DNA of 64,000 bases, from NCBI GenBank assembly GCA_951406725.2, contig OX597830.1:35650001-35714000 (forward strand), written 5' to 3'. Each line of letters opens with the position of its first letter. Within the stretch, counting starts at the first letter, position 1. A program made the position numbers and the translations under genes. The notes under the pieces were generated by a model that did not search any database, had not been told where the DNA came from, and worked only from the letters and a program-made list of their open reading frames with translations. Below, piece by piece: positions 56,363-64,000 of this stretch. Origin of the DNA: Octopus vulgaris. Lineage: Eukaryota.

Positions 56363-57737
56363 AGTATTGCTGTCGTCGTTGTTGTTGTTGTTGCTGTTGT
56401 TGTTATTATTATCGTTAGCAATGTTGTTGTTCTTGTTCTCATTATTACAAAGACAAACGAAGAATGAACTGAAGCTGTAAAACTGTGTGAAAGAGGATAT
56501 AAGGTGTTCGAGGGGAGTGGTTTGAACGGGTCAGTCAGAAATCACTGAAGCGAAATAAACGAAGACGGGCCGGGAGGGGACGAAATTTGATCGAAGGTAG
56601 ACAATACGAAATAAGGAATGCAGAGAGTGATAGTCAGTGCCGCAAACAAATGCAGAAAGAGACAAGGTGAAAAGTTCATGCGCAGGTGAAGGAAGCAGAG
56701 GGCGAACATCGATAAATAGCGGAAGTAAATGACAAAGGGCGCCCGCACCGAAAAATAAGAAATAAACAAAAAAGTTCAGTTGAAGACTTAAAGAGAAGAA
56801 GAAAGAGCCATCGGAAAATAGTGTTAATGAAAGACACAGGGGAACTGCACAGATATAGTCAATCATTTGCGATCACCTTCAGACCTGACCTTTGATGTGT
56901 GTATTCTCACAGAGAATATTTGATGTTTTAGTAAGTATGGAGGATGAGAAGTGATTACATGAATGACTTTGTGGTAAATAACAACACGGTGACCTGAAGC
57001 CAATGCAGTGAAATCAACCTTCATTCCAATAAAAACTTCAACACCATTTTTAACAACAACAACAGAACCAATATTAGCAGCAGCAACAAGAACAACAAAA
57101 ATACGGTGGCAACACTGATAGAAGCAATAAGGGAGCAAACGAATGCCTCCATGTTGTCACACGACTTGCGCGAAATAGCAGCCAATTATCCCTCGAACCA
57201 CACTGCATCGTTTAAAAACATCTAATGGACATATTGAGCAGCGATTGTGGTCCTAGATAAAAATTAGAAAAGAGGGATGGCTAGTGTTAGAATGGCTTTA
57301 CTGATGGGTAAGTTTGGTCGAAACAATGCCTTAACTGGCCGTAACTTCAAAGTCATTGTCAATAGTATTCTTGTTGTATAATAATGAATTTGTTCGCTGA
57401 CAAAAGTATTAAGTAATTTAAATTCAAAATCGTTATTATAGCATAAAATCAAGCATTTCTATATGTATACATATGTATGTATGTATGCATGTATGTATAT
57501 ATATACATACATATATACATACATATATATATATATATATACATACATGTCCATATATATATACATACATACATACGTACATACACACACATGCATATAT
57601 ATATATACATACATACGACCATACATACATATATACGTACGCACATACGCACATACAGCTATGTTTGTATATACGACTGTTAAGAAATTCACAATGCAAC
57701 CACGTGATATAAGGATACGTCACTGCGCTGCATATTC

Positions 57738-57769
<32 letters not shown>

Positions 57770-58457
57770 GGTATGTATGTATGTATACACACATATATGT
57801 GTGTATGTATATGTGTATATATATGTATGCATATATATATGTGTGTATATATATGTATATATATGTATGTATGTATGTGATTATGTGTGCGCGCGTGCCT
57901 GTGTGTGTGCGTGTGCGTAATATATGTAGCGTAAAATAAGACACGTAAATTAGGATATTATTTGATATAAAAGGATTTGTCAAATGAAATAGCTTGGAAT
58001 CATTTAAAGCAACACCACCCCATTAACATCCTCTATCTAATTCTTATACTTACCAATATCGGAAGGCATTTAATATAATGCTCAAACAATTCTAACCAAC
58101 TTGTTTCCTTCATGAACAGGTGACTTCTCAACTAACAATAATTATATAGTCAAATATTTCCGATTAGCCAACTGTGGGTCCTCACCTTTGTTCACCACTT
58201 CCTGATGAAGGGCTAGCGAATGAAACGTTATCGCCTGCACACGACGCTGCTGTTGCACTTACGCAACTCTCGTTCCAAGAACCCTAATTGATAAAACGAT
58301 GTTGCTGATATTAACATTGTCCATTCCTTGACAACGCTTTTAAATGGAGTTGTTGTTATTAATAAGCCTCAGGTGCCCGTTTGTCGAGGTGTCTGGCTTA
58401 TTAGTTAGGGTGTAGGACTCATGATCGTAAGATTGTGGTTTCGATTCCTGGACAGAG

Positions 58458-59029
58458 CGCAATTTTTTTCCCACGTGAGTTCCGGACCCCAATTATGAAT
58501 TCATTTGCATACAGCCAATCAGAGCTCAACTATCAAACTAATTTATGAGAGCGTAACAAGTGATGGACGATAACATAAGACCATGCTCCTTTTCTCTTTT
58601 AAGAATGCTTGTTGTTCTTGTTCTTGTTTCAACTATGGCTGCCTCTGCGTAGTTATTTGTGTTGTTGTTTACTTTATAAAACAGTAAGGGGAGAGGTTTG
58701 CTAGTGCATCACCCTCTACCTACATTTTTCCTATCCACATCCTTACCATATGGGGCCCCTAACAAAATCCGATTATAGGTATATATAAAAATCTATCTCT
58801 TTACTCTCTTTTACTCTTTTACTTGTTTCAGTCATTTGACTGTGGCCATGCTGGAGCACCACCTTTGTAGTCGAGCAAATCGACCCCAGGACTTATTCTT
58901 TGTAAGTCCAGTACTTATTCTATCGGTCTCTTTTTGCCGAACCGCTAAGTGACGGGGAGGTAAACACACCAGTTGTCAAGCGATGGTGGGGGGACAAACA
59001 CAGACACACAAACATATACACACACACGC

Positions 59030-59060
<31 letters not shown>

Positions 59061-59405
59061 CATACGACAGGCTTCTTTGAGTTTCCGTCCACCAAATCCA
59101 CTCACAAGGCTTTGGTCGGCCCGAGGCTATAGCAGAAGACACTTGCCCAAGGTGCCACGCAGTGGACTGAACCCGGAACCATGTGGTTGGTAAACAAACT
59201 ACTTACCACACAACCACTCTATCTAGTTACTTGTCTTCTAAAATCTGGCTTAACTTGGCGATCGGTCGACTTACAACACTTCGTCTTGCGTTTACTTGGT
59301 AGATTGTGTTTGTTAACTTGACGACAAGGTCAAGGTGAGCTGTGATTGGCTGTATGAAGTGAGTTCGTTACTGAAGTCCGTTACTGTCGTGGGGAAAAAA
59401 ATTCG
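58458..59405. mobile_element. Non-autonomous DNA transposon (MITE) with ~70-bp imperfect TIRs and apparent 9-bp TSD (MULE-like)
   Basis: Left cgcaatttttttcccacg..catacagccaatcagagctca vs reverse complement of right cgaatttttttccccacg..catacagccaatcacagctca. Flanks are tggacagag (58449-58457) and tggaccagg (59406-59414). Confidence 0.75.
58796..59220 (-). mobile_element. SINE family A, full length, nested in the MITE
   Basis: Reverse complement of the 4452 copy. Confidence 0.9.
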
Positions 59406-59955
59406 TGGACCAGGCGACGTGTTGTGTTCTTATGTTCTTGAGGAAAGCACTTCATTTCACGTTGCTCCAATCCAATCAGCTGGCAAAAATGAGTTATCCT
59501 GTGACAGACCGGCGTCACATCCAGGAGGGGAATGTATACGCCATGGAAGTCACCAAAGCGTCCTTATAAGTCGGCATGAGTCGAGGAGGTTACCTTTATT
59601 TTACCAGATACCTATCTAATTGATTATAACTATGATCGAAAGTCTTCTAACGATGACCATCACGGCTTACTTATTTACACAGAGAGAATGCATCCAATAA
59701 TCACAATGTCCAATGCGATTTCCATATCAAACAGCAAAATGTGATTGGATAGATATTTTGACTGCTATTTCTAGCAGCATAAGCGTCCACGTAGATGTTC
59801 CTATGTTTGTTCGTTGTAAGCAAGTCTTTTATACAATACAGAAATTTGTTAAAAAACGATTACACGGCGTTTTAATTTGCTTTATCGGTGAACCAATGAA
59901 TCGAACAGCAAGCTGCAGACACTGCTTGAAATCTGGCAACAAGTGTGCGCATATA

Positions 59956-60012
<57 letters not shown>

Positions 60013-60031
60013 CTTTATATCATATAAGTAC

Positions 60032-60085
<54 letters not shown>

Positions 60086-60469
60086 TGTGTGTGTATACTT
60101 GTCTTAGTATGTGTGCGAACAAAATGTTCTATATAACGAGGTTTTGTTCGTACGTTAAGTGACCTGTGATGGCCTGGAATTTCCAGATGACCAGCTCAGT
60201 CTCCGTTATCATGACATCGTTGACCGTGTCCATCCACAGGGCCTCATTCGTCTAAACATTGCATCGTCTCTATCGCTACATTGACCACTACGGCCATATA
60301 TATGAAAATGCTTACACAAACAAAACACATATATAACAGACACAGACATCTGATCACGCACAGCCTCGCGTATAAATATGTATTAACATACATATTTATG
60401 TGTGTGCCTCTGTATATATATATATATATATATATGCATATTATATATATATTTATATATTTATATATT

Positions 60470-60502
<33 letters not shown>

Positions 60503-60863
60503 TTACATAGTTACATATATATTTTAATAGGTACATAAGTATGCGTACACATACATCCTACATACGTCGTGACGTGTTCGATCGACTCATCTCCTTGTAA
60601 AAAGAAAGAACAACATCAGTAACAACAACAGCAACAGCAGCAGCAGCAATAACAACAACAAAACCATCCACAGTAACAACAACAACAACAACAATAGCAG
60701 CTGAAATAAAACTTCCAACAACAGCCATACCCAAGAACGTGATGAACATAATCACTATAATTTCAAACAATATGGATGCCGAGAAGTACTAATAAAGAGA
60801 AAAACAAAACAAACAAAAAAAGAGAGAGAGGCAAAAACTATCTCCACTAACGCCATCACTCCA

Positions 60864-60910
<47 letters not shown>

Positions 60911-61423
60911 AGCAGTGCTTTGGGGAAACGACGTTCATTGAATGCTTCTACTGACATCCATTCTGAAGCTACTCGTCGGTTCGGTTCGGTTTGGTTTTTG
61001 ACTTTAGCCAATATTTAACTATTGTTTCGCATGGCTGCATCCGTAATGGACTTACGCAGTGAGCCGTGCCAATGTTTTTACAGATCTTTTGTTATAAACT
61101 AAAACGATTTCGCAAGACGATTACGCTTATGGAAATAGGAGGGCAATGTCATACGTCTATTAGTAGCATTTACATTTCGCTTTGTCTATATTATTACTAA
61201 TATCTTCCTTGGTCATGGCGCGCTTGTTTATTCGCCTGCACGCACAAACCATCCTTCTCACTCCTTCTCACTCCCTCTCTCTCTCGCCTTCTTTCTGTTT
61301 CTATTTGTCTCTGTCTCTCTCTTTTGCTATATATATATATATATTTATTTATATATATATATGCACATACATACATATGTATATATACACACACACATTT
61401 ATATATATTTGTAAATATATATG

Positions 61424-61525
<102 letters not shown>

Positions 61526-62317
61526 CGTGCAGATAGATAGATACATTTGCATACATATCCATATATGCGTATGCATACAAACATGTAAACTTATGTTTGT
61601 GCATATGTGTGTAAATATATATATAGATATATATATGTGTGTGTGTGTGTGTGTTTGTATATGTGTATTATGTATGTATCTATAATTTCATTTCATTTGC
61701 ACCAGTGTGTGGTAAACAAAATACATACGTATGTAAGTCGGACTGAGGATTAGTGCGCGATGAACTAAATTCTAATCGTATGACTATCTATCCATCCATG
61801 CATCGAACCATCCAAGTCTCTATCTATCCATTGTACCTATCCAACTCTATGTTTTATCACTCTACCATCGAAGCTTTTTGTCGGCATGTCTCTTCGAGTA
61901 TTTAATCAATCTTCCTTTCTCTCTGTCTGAGTACGTCAATCTATCTACGCAGATGGAGGGTGGAGGTCTTGGAAGAGGAGGAGGAGGAGGAGGAGTAAGA
62001 GGTGGAGATGGAGGAAGCGAGAAGAGAGGAGACAGAATGTGAGCGGGATAGGATGGTGGTTTATGCAATGTAAGAAAGTAAGGAATATATATATATATAG
62101 AGAGAGAGAGAAACAAAATGACTGGAAGTTAGTAAGATACAAAACCTGAAACGCGATATAACGATATAGATATATCTTAAATCATATTTCTTTGTGTTTG
62201 TGTCATGCAGCAATATTCAAACAAGTATATATTCTATAGAAACAAGGAAAACCTTACACACACACAAACACAAACACACATACATACAAACACATTTATA
62301 TGCACACATCTACATGC

Positions 62318-62375
<58 letters not shown>

Positions 62376-62876
62376 ATTTGAGGGAATAAAATCCAAACTT
62401 ACAAGGAAAAAGAATTCGATTTAGAAATACTAAATCGAATTCCACACAATTAAATATATATATATAAACATTATATTATTTTTGTAATTTTCTTAATCTT
62501 TACTTTTTAATTGTTATTTTAATTTTAACTTTTCTATTATATGTAATTTTTTAGATGGTGTAATTTAATTATTCATTTTGAATTGATAAAAGGTGGTTTT
62601 TTTCTAATATGTTAAATATCTATATATACACGTAAACAGGCACATGTATATATATATATATATGTATATTGGATATATATATATATTTATACATGCATAT
62701 ATATCTAATCTATATTTATATATGTGTGTGTGTGAGTGTATGTGTGTGTGTGCGAATTTGTAAGCCTGTATATATTCTTATATATGTAGATTTATATATA
62801 TATACATAAAACACAAATATATATATTTGCATTTCTATACGCACACACACATACACACCACAAACAAATACACTGA

Positions 62877-62930
<54 letters not shown>

Positions 62931-63404
62931 TGTGTGTGTATAATAAATATATAAATGCCATCATGGTGTCAAGCCAAACTATCAATCTACGGAAATAATT
63001 ACAGGGTTAAAGTCCTAAGCATAATAACATGTATAACCAATATATCCTACCATGTTCTAAATAAACAAATAAAACGGAATCAAAATATGTGCAGCTCTCC
63101 CCAGGAGAGAACAAACCTTCAAAAAGAACGCACATCACCCAGAGACAAAAGGTACAATTTTGAAATCAACAGCTACTCACCCATCGCGTTTATGAAACCA
63201 ACAGCTGCCCAACGATACTATAACCATCGCAAAAATCGTACCACTCTTTTTGGCCATCAAAGTCTACAGTTTTCGTTCTCTGTACCTTGAAATTGAATGG
63301 CTACCTGAACAGCATCACGTATTTTAGTAATATTGAGCAGGCTTCTTCCCATGATTCAGGATACATGAAGATATATCGTAGGAGTAAAAGCTTTGCTTTT
63401 GTAA

Positions 63405-63795
63405 TCTCTTTATATATAAAGCTGAAGTTATCTGTGCATGGCAGGTTTGATAGCCTTCAACTAACACTATCTCCTCCGAGACCTTGCGGCGCATGTTGAC
63501 CAAAATTGATAGTATGATAGAAGAAGGCTTGCTCTTCCTTCCGTAGAAGAAAAAATTCAAATCGGACCATGTTAACACCAAAAATTATTTACATCAAAAA
63601 GGTGCTTTTTTCTATGAAAATCCCTATTTTTTACGATTTTTTTACTGCTGTGTTGCCATTTTTCGGTGTATTTCAACCAGAAAAATGTTCACTTAAAGAG
63701 TATAACAAGCTACATAATGCAAAAGTTTTACTTTTCAAAAATTCTAATTGTAAAGGGTCGAAACAAACCCGAGCAACGCCGGGTGATACTGCTAC
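63405..63795 (+). mobile_element. Non-autonomous Helitron
   Basis: 5' A|TCtctttatatataaa. 3' hairpin acccg-agcaacgc-cgggt (63767-63784), then CTAC|T (CTRR with one change). Inserted between A and T with no TSD. Confidence 0.75.
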
Positions 63796-63891
63796 TTGAT
63801 AATATAAAACACCTGTCAATTACTGGCATCGAGATCATCTTTTCCCTATGTCTCTAGATTGTTCTCATGTTAGATGTTCTCAGCAGATGAT

Positions 63892-63932
<41 letters not shown>

Positions 63933-64000
63933 CAGACAACAAACGAAGTCCCCTGAAATTTATTCCCATGTGTCTGTAGCATTTCTAACAATCGATGGTT

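Larger units (their letters stand above)
58388..59600 (+). mobile_element. SINE family C-related copy split by a MITE (58388-58457 and 59406-59600)
   Basis: The tRNA-like head ends ttcgattcctggacagag and resumes tggaccaggcgacgtgttgtg..cacttcatttcacgttgctcca. Confidence 0.75.

Overview
AT-rich, microsatellite-saturated eukaryotic DNA with no recognisable intact host gene. It is probably intronic or intergenic. The repeat landscape looks like a coleoid cephalopod (Octopus-type) genome, which is an inference. Almost every ORF in the supplied track is a translation of simple repeats. Real content: (i) three tRNA-headed SINE families in many copies; (ii) 5'-truncated R4/Dong-type LINEs, nearly all embedded in (TAA)n tracts, including a multi-family pile-up at 51.2-55.3 kb; (iii) relics of RTE, CR1-like and Penelope-like (PLE) retroelements; (iv) mariner and Tc1-like relics, a MITE with a 9-bp TSD and a non-autonomous Helitron; (v) a ~19-unit palindromic minisatellite. 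The most notable finding is two apparently intact, extended type-I hammerhead ribozymes on the minus strand (1542-1606 and 39420-39518), plus several decayed hammerhead-like motifs in PLE-type terminal repeats. All calls were made by eye and no database search was run.
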